Shown: positions 1 to 10,656 of the stretch, one piece after another
Layout: the number at the start of each line of letters is the position of its first letter
Position numbering within the stretch: the first letter of the stretch is position 1
Assembly (NCBI GenBank): GCA_963924565.1
Contig: OZ004613.1
Location: 11,594,001-11,658,000 of the forward strand
DNA length: 64,000 bases
Source: Ascidiella aspersa
Lineage: Eukaryota
Direction of reading: 5' to 3'
The notes under the pieces: model-generated
Told to the model about the DNA's origin: nothing
Seen by the model: the letters and a program-made list of their open reading frames with translations, nothing else
The model's database searches: none
Program-made: the position numbers and the translations under genes

Positions 1-75
1 GGAAATTATTCTCAAGTTTTTGATTTCCGTTAATGAGCTAAATCTATATTCAGGTTGGATACTGTTATAAAAAAA

Positions 76-372
76 TTATGTTGCACTGAATATATGGCAA
101 TAGAAACCACCTTGACCCTTGCAAGATAAATGTCGACCTTAATTCCTGATCAGTAGCAGAAGAATACTCTAGCAAAGCTGGCAATTCAGGTCAGAACAAT
201 TAAAAGACCTTATATATATATATATATTTCGCCAACAAAGACATCGTCAGTATATCTTACTTAAAATAGAAATCGTTTTTTTTTTGTTGGCGAAATATAT
301 ATATATATATCTTTTAAGATCCTTTAATTGTGTCTACCCTGAATTGCTAGCTTGCTAGAGTATTCTGCTGAT
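76..372 (-). mobile_element. Small foldback element, Penelope pseudo-LTR-like, carrying a hammerhead motif; same family as 14850-15156
   Basis: 76-258 matches the reverse complement of about 14965-15158. Internal inverted arms lie at about 152-235 and 286-372 (aatactctagcaaagctggcaattcagg / cctgaattgctagcttgctagagtatt). Confidence 0.75.
211..258 (-). ncRNA. Minimal type I hammerhead ribozyme motif
   Basis: The minus strand reads aagatata CTGACGA T GTC tttgtt GGC GAAA tatatata. The core is intact, stem II has one G-U pair, and stems I/III are formed by (TA)n. Confidence 0.6.
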
Positions 373-776
373 AAAAAATGATGTCACAAGTCACAAATAG
401 CTTTCTTCAGACGTAACGCTGTTGTCTGATTGTCGTTAAATAAAAAATAATTATAAGAAAACCTGTACCCAGGCTCCAGCCTACGTGATTGAATTAATAG
501 ACTGAAATCCATGTTCTGCCATAGTTTTTTTTTTAAATAGGATTTGATAATCGATTAAACAATGTGAAAAAGACTCATTTCTAGAAAATTAAATTTAAAA
601 CGTTGGACCAAACCGTCACCTCTTTAAAATTAAAATTTTAATGCTAAACAATTTCATGTCTGTTGTTCAAGCTCCAGACTAATTTCTATAAACGAAAATT
701 TATTTCAAATATTTTATGCAAATAAGCAATTTAACCAGAGCTGCTGTTTGCCTAATCCCATTGTGCCTTTCCGCAG

Positions 777-2150
777 CTGCCTCGTACCCCTCAGGTGGGC
801 CGCAACCGGGCCCCAGTACCAGTCGTCCGCTCCTCCCGCCCCCCAAGGCGGCGCCGCGGACCCTTCAGCAGCAGCCGAAGCAAGCCGGACCCGAGGCCAA
901 CGGGGAAAACCCGAACACGGCGCAACGCTACTTCCGTATTCCATTCGTGCGCCCGTCGGACGTAGGCGGCGACCAGCAGGCGCAGAAGAAGGGCTGGTGG
1001 TACGCGCACTTCGACGGGCAGTACATCGCGCGCCAGATGGAGCTGCATCCCGACAGGGTTCCGCTCTTGCTCGTCGCAGGTGAGAGAAGGAGCATTTTTG
1101 CTTGGCATCTTTCGTGCAGTCTTTGTAAACAAATAATTTTTGAAAGACCCAAGTCTCTCGAGTGATTTGTAAACTAACTTAAGTGGAAGTGACAATAATC
1201 AGAAAATTTTCTTTCGAATAACTGAATCTGCCTGAATCCGAAGGGCGAAAACAAACGATTCTGGTTGCACATCAATGATAAAGATTAAACTATAAGTTCT
1301 GTACTTAGTTTAATCTGTAAGTCCAAGTGTCACGTATTTTGTATTAAATACAAGTTCGGTCATTATTAGAGGAAGTCAATTCCAAGTCAAGTTCAGATTA
1401 AAAAAATTAAACGTTAACTATTAAAATTGAGAAACTCAATCGACTGAGCAATAACTCAACTTAAATCGATAAAACGCAACAAATAGCAAGCGAATTGTTG
1501 GATAACTACTTTTTCTGATTAAAAAACACTTGTTTTCAACGCAGGTCTTTAAGTCAAAACAGTGTCCAAGTTTTTTTTTTGCTCGTTTTAATTTAGTTGA
1601 CTTTTAGTTTTATGAAGTGTTAGTAACTGATTAGTAAGTTATTTGTCCGGAGTGTTTAATATTCTATTTTTAAGTTTAGTTTGTTTAGGTTTTGTTTTGC
1701 CGAAATTGCATGTCGAGCATTTAACAAAACTGCCATTTTATTCTATTGGGCTGAATTGTTGCTGTGGAAAATATATACTGAAAAAAATGCACAATCTGTA
1801 TAAGCTTGTCTAACGCGCCTGTCGCAAAAAAGAAAATCCTTTGTTTTAATTAGACCTCCAATGACATCTTAATTTTTCAGGCAAGGATGACATGCAGATA
1901 TGCGAGTTGCGACTGGATGAAACCGGTTTGACCCGGAAAAAAGGCGCCGAAGTTCTTCCCAGGGATTTTGAATCGGTTCGTATTGGTTTAGTGTTGGGTT
2001 GCTTGCTTTACTGACATAGCTTACGTCATATCGTACTTTTTCTAGGTTTGGAGCAGCAACCGCGGTCGTGAATATCTCCTGGCCGCAATCAAGGCCAAAC
2101 AGGCCCGGCCCACCTACGCTACAGCCATGATGAGCCAGGCTCTTCGTTAG
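777..2150 (+). CDS. Last three coding exons of a conserved metazoan protein; the 5' part lies upstream, probably outside the window
   Basis: Exons 777-1079, 1881-1975 and 2046-2150 have canonical AG/GT and compatible phases. They give ...[108 protein letters not shown]. This resembles a conserved vertebrate C-terminal domain, but I cannot name the gene with confidence. Confidence 0.85.
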
Positions 2151-3046
2151 TCTTTCTACCCACCCGTACACCGGGGTTTCTGGGCACACCCGCAAGACCG
2201 CATCAAGAAGAAACCCCAAAAGCAGAATATTCCCGCCGAACGAAACCCGGAAAGCTTATCGACAATTTTTTTTAGAAAAATAGTTATCAGTGACAAAAAG
2301 TTGACTAAAATTAGGGTGACAGTTGTGTTTCTGTGTAGTTTTGTAATTCAAACCAACGGATTATTATCGACGTAGTAGTCGCCAGACAGATTTCTCCAAC
2401 CGTTTTTGCAAGTAGATGGTTGAAAAACCTTAATTAACTTAGTTTAGAGCACCTCTTTTTGCTGAGTTGTAGAACATCTCTTGATATGTTTATAGAAATT
2501 TTAGCCAGTTCTGTCAAAATGCCTTTCGCGTTAATCAAATCACCTCTTGCGAATGCAACACTAATCAGCCTAATTTGTATTTCAGACCTATTCCTCCTTC
2601 ATATAGTTGTAATAAGCGCACCCTTTCTGTGATTTTCGCCACGCTTACTTTACGCCGTAGTTTAGATTTCATAGCCTAGTGTTCCAAGCACCTTTTCTGT
2701 TTTAAATCGCGTAACAAATCAGCAGCACTTTCGTGTAATTATCAAAGCACTGTTGCGCGACGGCCCAGGTGGCAATACGTCAGTCCTTATCGTGTTCAAA
2801 TTCTCTGCGATCGTGTGCAATCGGCTTCTACAATTTTTAAGTATGTCACCCAATGTTTATATTATTATTGATAACACGCGTAGAGACCATTTTCCATTTA
2901 AGTTTGTTTATTTGTAAAATTACAATGTGCAGAAAAAAAATTCCATATGTTTTTGGACCCTTTTCAACCAACTTTTTTTCTGAACTATATGACAAATGCA
3001 TTGAACTATATGACAAAATGATTGTGATTTCTTGTGACCTTTTGTA

Positions 3047-4022
3047 CTAGTAAATGTCTAATTTCTTGCGCTGCCTTTTTGGCCACAGCCAAGCTTTTTC
3101 AGCAAGTGTGCAATCAACCGTCACTGTATATCTTTTAAAATTACAAAAATTTCAAATTTTCTTGTTAGCCGAAAAATGCCTTCCGCTTAACTACAGCCAT
3201 AATGACGCAAATGCGAAGAGCCTTTATATTTTTACTAAATTTTAGATGAACATTCCGCTGTATACGTGTGGTTTTAAATGTCCATTGTAAATCTTGGTTA
3301 AAATTTTGTGCGAAATCTAAAACGGCGCCTCGCATTTCTTCGAGGTGAATCGTGCGCGCATTTGATTTTTCTTTCCTTTTACCAAAGTCCTTCGATTCCT
3401 CGTTTTGCTTTTTAGGTAATCGTTTCCCTCGTTTTCTGTCCGCTTTTCGGTGACTTAGCTAGCAAAATTCGCGTTGGTACCCACTTGTTTCCTTGTGCGT
3501 GTTGTTTGCTGGTAAAAAATGTGGCGAGCGGCTACATCGTTACCGTTGTCGATTTTTGACGATAATTTAACACCGTGCTTCTTAAACTGTTCGTAATGTT
3601 GCCTAGCAGGATAGTTTACAGTTTAAATGGTCAATTCTAAATTAAAGTTTAAAGAAGCATCAGCTTTCTAAATTTCTTATTTTGATGCAAATCATCACGT
3701 ATTTCTTGCGTTGGGTTATCCCTATTTGATTGTAAATTATTTAAAATTGGGAAATTTAAATAAGTACTGCTGTTTGGCATGATACCAAAGGGTAACAACA
3801 GCTGATTTACGACAATCATGTTTACCGTATCGTATGTTGCCTTTTTAGTGTTCCCAAAAGCTTTAGTTTTTGGCAAATACTGACGACGTTATTGTCGACA
3901 CTTTCGCCTTCGCCGCTTGCAGCTTTTTATTCGTATCATATTTACTGTTCGTAGCAAAAAAAAGTTTTCCGGTAATTCTGTATACACCGAGCAATGCGAT
4001 AATAATGATAGCAATAAACATG
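3047..4022 (-). CDS. Tentative small gene divergent from the 4662 gene (hydrophobic N-terminus, basic body)
   Basis: A possible phase-compatible chain reads MFIAIIIIALLGVYRITGKLFFATN / SNITNSLRSTVLNYRQKSTT / LSHRKADRKRGKRLPKKQNEESK..., using donors GTAAAT and GTAACG. There is no recognisable homology and the boundaries are uncertain. Confidence 0.2.
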
Positions 4023-4661
4023 TAGCACCACAATAACGTCTTATTACTGGTCGTGTCTGTGTGCTGAAAACCCCAGCCCACGGCTCTGTACTAAATCTGT
4101 ACTTCCGCGGTGTCAATCTTTTCACGTCAGCCGTTCTAGGAGTAAGCCAATGTAGTTTACTTCAAGATTGAACGGAAGGTTGTAGATTAGACCGCAGTGC
4201 AGGTTTGGCCGAAAATGGGTTGTTTTCGAACTGTATTTTTTGTCTTGAGAAAATTTTCTCTGTATATATATCATTTTTTTAGCTGTATGTCGTAGTATGT
4301 AAATATGGGGAGTTATCTCATCAGGTTATAGAAGTAAGGCAAGGATTGTTAGACATCTTTAATCTCTTAGACTCTTCGAGCAATCGTAGGTTTTAGTCGC
4401 TAGTTTTGTTTCACTGCACTAGTTAGGTAATTGGTCGGCTTAAAAGATTGTAAACAGCTATTTAGGATGTATTTGCCCCTCTGCAATCGATGTTGAAGTT
4501 TCACTTATCACCGGATATATATGATGGCAGGCCTAAAGTTTCTTAAATGTCTTGCGATTAGGCTTATCTGTACCAATATGCCAAAATACAAATCTGATTA
4601 TTATTGTTGTAGGTTGACCAATTGTTCGCCTTGTTATCTAGGCTTACGTCAAAAAAGGGCA

Positions 4662-7600
4662 ATGGACATTAACGGGCTTTTGCTAACAGTTACTTACACT
4701 GTTATGCTTGTTTTGTTGCTTACACTGGTTGCTCTCGAGTGTGCAATTCGGCAAACTTGGAAAAAGATTCCGTTTCGGTAAAATTTTTTTTTTTTTAAGT
4801 TAAGGTCAACTTAGGAATCATTTTGACTAAGTACTAAGTACGGTATTAAGTTCACGTCAAAATTTTAGGCTCTCTTAACGATTTTAAACACATTTCATTA
4901 TATATACGCAAAAGTAACGCAAAAACTATTAACCGGCCTTGAAGAGTCTTGTTGAGTTTTTTCATCTAGTTTACAACTGCGTCAATAAATGGAAATGTTT
5001 TTTGTTTTTCAGCTTCAGGAAAAATCTTCAGCTTCAGGAAAAAAAAGAAATAACAACAAACAAAGCAACCATCAACGTCGAAAACTCTCCAGGTTGACAT
5101 ATTTATTTCTATACCTATATCTCTGTTAAAAGTCACAAACTGAACATTTTATGCATGGGTAGTTTGCGAATAACGATTTGTGGTTTATAAGAAACACTGA
5201 CAAGATATTTTATTTTTTTAACTGAACATATTTACAACAAGCAACCCGAAACCTATTTGTAAGTTGTATTGCGTAGGCAGAAGTAGTCCGGAACTCCGAC
5301 TCTATGCAAATAAAATCAATGTCCTGCGTTGTACCTACCCGAAATGTTGTATGACGTTTTTGGTGGAGGAAGATAGTCGGTTTTGTATGCAGCTGTATTA
5401 TATCTTAGTGCAAGCAACAAATGGTTTTTCAAACGTTTTGTCCCGCTTTAGAATATTACAGCGGCGTGCCGCAATCAAGGCTGTCATTCTTGGTCACTTT
5501 TTTAGTTTCAACGTCGAATAAGCGTCAAATGATGTGCCCTGTATTGTGCTAAGCAACTTTTTTGTGTATGCCCTTTTGAATGGTAAACATTTACCGAGTC
5601 TTTTTTAAATAGTTAACATTTACCGAACCTCCTTCCGATTTTTTTCCGAAATTTTCATTTTTTTGAAAATTATAAAGAGGCAATGCCCAAATCTTCACTA
5701 AAGTCTAGCTAGACAATAAAAAACAGTGGTAATATTACACTCATATGTTTATCTCAGTAATTGCATTTTTGTCAAATCTATATTTTTATATAGCAGTATT
5801 GTCGTTTCTTTTTTATAAATGTGCACACCGTCGTCATTGTTACCATATACATCTAATTAAACCACCCACTTATCCTACCACAATAGTTGTTAACTGCGAT
5901 TTAGCAAACACTACTTTTTCGCAGAGAAATCTGACGACAAAAAGGTATTTGTTGATGCCGACCTGTCAAAGCAAGCCGCGGTTGGTAAGTCGTCGTAATA
6001 GCCCAACACGAAACTTGTACTGATAACAAATACTTTCACGTGGCAATGTGTTTCCTTTACTCAAGCTTATTAGCAAAGGACAAGGACGAAATATTGCAGC
6101 CATAGGTATACAGTTTGTAATCCATTAGCTTTAATTTATCTAAATGTTTTACGACTTACGCCGACACATCATAAAAATTGACTTTTCTGTAATGCGCGCA
6201 TTTATTTTTCTGCAGTTTATCTCTTAGAGGTGTTTTTGGTATGAAAATTCGTCTATTTAAAGTTCAAACAATCACGTTAAATATGAAAAATAAACTATTA
6301 TACATAGCGATCATAGAATACTGACTTAAATTTTCCAAAGACACGCTCAATTAAGCCTGTGTAGAAATATAAGCTTCAGAAAACGTACAGTAGTCCTAAG
6401 TTGGAATATCACAACTTTAAATACGCCCTAACAAACAGACAAAACTAGTCGCTGGAGTGCTACGTCAGACGATTACGTCATGGCCAAAAACCCCACCGCA
6501 GTTGCCGAGGTTCAAATAGAAGCGTTTGGCCCGAATGTTACTTCGGTTTCAAGGACCCCCTCCTACTGCGTGCCAAGACCTTCGGCAAAACCGACCAACA
6601 CCGCCGTGGTCCAAGTAGAGACCGTGCATACCGGCGATCGGTGGCAAGGTATGACCTTTTGGCTGAATAAAAATTCGTGGTTGCCCCTTTTGACGCACGC
6701 TACTATTTTCAGCGATCTATACTTGTGTGGAGAAGCACATTTTAATTAAACGGTACAGGCCTACTCCTTGCCCCTTTTATATAGGTGCATTTGGAAGTCT
6801 ATAAAATTAGTCACTAATTTAAGAATATTTTGTTACTGTGGTTAATAAAAGGGTTTTGTATAGTTTTTAAATAATCAACTATATAGCCCCCCAAAAATAG
6901 TCCTTAGGTGAAAAAATAATTTTATTATATTACTTGTTGTGACGATTTTTAGAATATTGGGTAGCGGGCCTTGTAAATATTTTCTAAAGGTAAGGAAAGA
7001 GAATATCATTTTTCTACAGATAAGCAGTTTCTCCGTCGAGGGCCAAAGAAAAATATATTTGCTGCCGATGTTCGCACTTCCATGTAAGCTGTAGTAATTA
7101 AGCAATGTTATTTAAAAAATCCTATCGTTATATACAACTGTTTTAATTCCAGTAAAACGGTGCCTCTTTTTTGTTTATTTGGTGTTTTCTCGTATTTTTT
7201 AGTTCCTTTAAGAAATCGAAAAGTAGCTCTTATTTTCACCGAAACAATAAATTAATATTTTTTTAAATTTGAATACAACTTCATTTACGTTTTGTTCATA
7301 CTCAATTGCCTCGTTAAACACACACTTGTCGTAACATGTGAGCGGATTTCACAAACTGCAGTATTGGGTAACTATATTCGGAGACGGAAATTTGTTTCTT
7401 GACAGATACGCCGGCGACCTCCACGTCGTACCTGGGTGTTCCTTGTCCGTACCGGCCACCCAGGCCAAACCGATAGGCCGTAGCGGAAGCATGGTGGATC
7501 TGGCGGCCGCTCGTCCGGTCAAAACGACCTTTCTCGAACAGCGAATGCGGTCAATTAAAAACAAGCCGCCCAAGTCAATAGGTTCCTCGGTAAAACGAAA

Positions 7601-8279
7601 CAAGCCCAAGCCGCCGCCTATTGAAGGTACAGTTAGGATGCGGAGAGAACAAGAAGATTTTTAAAAGAAGTTACCACAACCCTGGAATGATAACTGTTTA
7701 AAGATACATGTACCCTTGTAACGGCAAATGACTCTATTTGTCCATACAGTCAATTTGTTACTTTAGTGGCGGCTAATTTCACTTTATGGTTTAAAATTGA
7801 TTTTTCCTATTTAAAAGTTCCGTAACAGTTGACAAGGAATTATCATTAGATTTTAAAGTAGGTTTCCTTTCGCAATATAATAGTTTGTTTTTTATTTCAT
7901 TAGTAGGTGAAATATACAATTTTATTAGTTGGTGGTTTGATACAGGGAAACCTAGCTTGGGTATGAAATAACTCGTATTAAAAATTGTCCACCACAGTAT
8001 GTTAAACTTGCCTTTTAATGACCTTGTACTTCAACTACATTTTAATGCAATTATGGTTTCATGCAGTATTTTTGCCTTGCATGTGGGTTACATATCGCCC
8101 GTAAATGCGAAATTACATGGCCAAATCTAATGAATTCGACGTTTAACTGAGATACTTTTTCTTCACCAGCCCTTCCTCCTCTCCGGCCCCGCCCAGAGGA
8201 ACAGCAAGGTGGCGCCCAAGAGCCAATCGCCGAAACGGCGTACACGTTCATGATGCCTGTCCCGGTCAACCAATTGTAA
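4662..8279 (+). CDS. Single-pass (type III-like) membrane protein of about 286 aa with a long low-complexity cytoplasmic tail; transmembrane-adaptor-like
   Basis: Exons 4662-4777, 5013-5092, 5925-5984, 6439-6648, 7020-7083, 7406-7626 and 8170-8279 are all GT-AG and in frame (861 nt). The N-terminal hydrophobic helix (LLLTVTYTVMLVLLLTLVALEC) is followed by basic RQTWKKIPFRFRK. The tail carries DDYVM, SYCVP, SIYAG, AYTFM and KPKPPPIEALPPLRPRP. Confidence 0.7.
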
Positions 8280-10656
8280 GCCGCGTTTAGAGGAAACGAC
8301 GGCAGTATTTCTGGAAAACGCTTTGGTAAAAACGATTTCATTTGGACCGCTTACGAACCCTATACTTAAAGCGAGAATCAAATAAAATACCTACTCTTTT
8401 TGCATTTTATTTTATTCGGGAGATTCCTTATGTTCTAACCTAACGTGTATCAGCTTAAAAGAGGTATATAACTCGTGTGCGTTTGTATGTGACTGCAAAG
8501 CATTTATTGTCTTGCATACGAATTAGCATGTTTGCCCTATATGTAAGAACTGAAGTGTCATACGTTGTATGCAGCCCAAGGCGGCTTTGTCACTGATTGC
8601 AGTCGAACAAACACAACACAATCCAATTTCTTAAGATTGTACAATTTTCAGTGTTGTAACTACAACTCGCCAGTAGCACTTGAATGTGTAGCACTTTTAT
8701 TTACATTTAATTATTTGTTTTTTTAGCTGTGTAATATTATTGCCACAAATTTTGTATGTTTAAATTAAACCAGTTGTTTTTCACCACCTTTTTTTTATGT
8801 GCGAAAGCTAGTGAATAGACCAACTATAAAGAATTGTATACCAGCTTTATAAAGAGGCAATGTTTTGTCATTTTTGGTTAAAGATTTTAAGTCGCTTTTC
8901 GGGGTACGAATGTGCGGATCAGCCGCAAAATTACGATTTTATTACACAATTGCAGAATGCCTAATGTAGAGACCAAACTTTTGTTATAAATGGACAGTAT
9001 GCAAAGCCGACATTCACAGGCGACTAACTGAAATTTGACCAGCGGGACGTAGAGTTTAGTGGTACTGACTTACAATAAAGGCCAAAACTAAAAGTGTTTA
9101 TTGTACCTGATAGTTTAAATTAAATAAAACTAAATAAAAGAGTCCAAAACCCGACTAGCAAATAATGTATTTCGGTACATTGTCGGTATGCAATTAAAAC
9201 CCTTTAAGATACAATTTTTTTTAATGTGCCCGAACTGCTTCAAATGAAACTAACGAAGTTGGAGGCAACCATCGAAATACGTCACGCAGAATAGCACAAA
9301 GCAATACAATTCTCTAGATGTAAAACAAGAGTATGTTGTCTTAATAAGAATATCAAAGCCCATACAGAAGTAGGTGTCATTTTGAACGTTTCGAATAACT
9401 CTTTATTTATTTTCAACATGATGTCTTACTATACAACATCAACCATTATGCTCCAAAGTATGTTGACTGTTTTCGTAGAAATAACCTCCCTCACACTCTG
9501 ATCGATAAAGTAGTAATATTTCCAGGTATTGATGGGCAATAGGGGATTGTGACTGTGTTAAAGGTGATTTTTGATATTTACGCTGTATGTGGCGACACGG
9601 GTGTATGCGCCTGAAAAGGAGTTTCTTATGTCAAGCGTATGGTACCTGTCCCAGAGTCTCAAATTTAAACATCAGCACAATTCTTGTACGTTTCTGTATT
9701 CGACATAAGCGCTGTCATCGATCACATTTAACTAGAAACGTAATGACTTTTTAAACAGTTTGGGTTAGTTTACGAATCTTCAAGGGAAATTTCTCAGGTG
9801 TATTGATTAGCTTCAGCCGAATTTTGATCAATCATTATTATTATAAAGGCTCTAGTGGTGTAGTTGTACATTGAAAAGGCGCATATTAGTTTTACAAATA
9901 GAGTAAGCATTTTGTAAGCAAGTTATAAAATGAATCCCAATCAAGTCATTTGCGTAATTACTGAAGTCCAAGGCCATATAAACAACTAGCAAGTCAAGTC
10001 CACGCTATGTCATTTTCTAGAATCTAGAGGGCAAGTTTAGGTCAAGTCATTTGAATCAAAATCAAAATAAACCTATTCGATCCTGAAAAGTAAACTTATT
10101 CGATACCTGATTTTAGTTAGCAAACAACAATAACGTAACAGATATAGATTTAACTGCGCAATTGGGTCAAAAACTAACTTAGTTTAGCCAAACCTTAATT
10201 AATGAAACCGCCTAATTCCAAGTCCAAGTTAAAAAATGCCTAAAATACTAAAGTCGGGTCGAGTCATTTAAACACAGTGATATAAAGGGGACAAGTTGAC
10301 GTCATAAGACTTGAGGAGAAATTCCTGCCTAGTTATAGTTAAGTTTGGCAAACAGAATTGAGAGTCTTCATTGTATTCAAAATCGTCAGCCCAAACTAAA
10401 CATACTTGATTTGTTTTATTTCTGTTTGGAAAGGGAGCAGTCAATGTGTGGCGCAATGCTTTTCTAACCAGGCTGCCATTGACTTTCAAAACGCCTCCTC
10501 TTTGTATGGATTGCTGTGAAAATGCAGTTCACATTGCGCGAACTTCACAGTGTATAAATTATAAATTAACCTGAGCGCCGCCGCGAATTGGTTTTCGGTT
10601 TATTGGAAAATATCTTTTTTTCAGTAAAAGTAGAAAAAAGTTTTATTTAAAAGAAC

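Noticed and set aside
714-2219. Alternative-frame and antisense ORFs (714-944, 748-1083, 791-1195, 928-1152, 1869-2219)
   Set aside because: They are explained by the GC-rich exons of the plus-strand gene; only one frame splices into a coherent protein.
2718-2828. Minus-strand exon ending RKCC* (Rab-like prenylation end)
   Set aside because: It could not be linked in phase to an upstream exon with confidence, and no GTPase motifs are nearby.
5277-5348. Extra exon for the adaptor-like gene carrying a YAN motif
   Set aside because: The best donor leaves a T that creates TAG when joined to exon 5925, so it was not included in the model.
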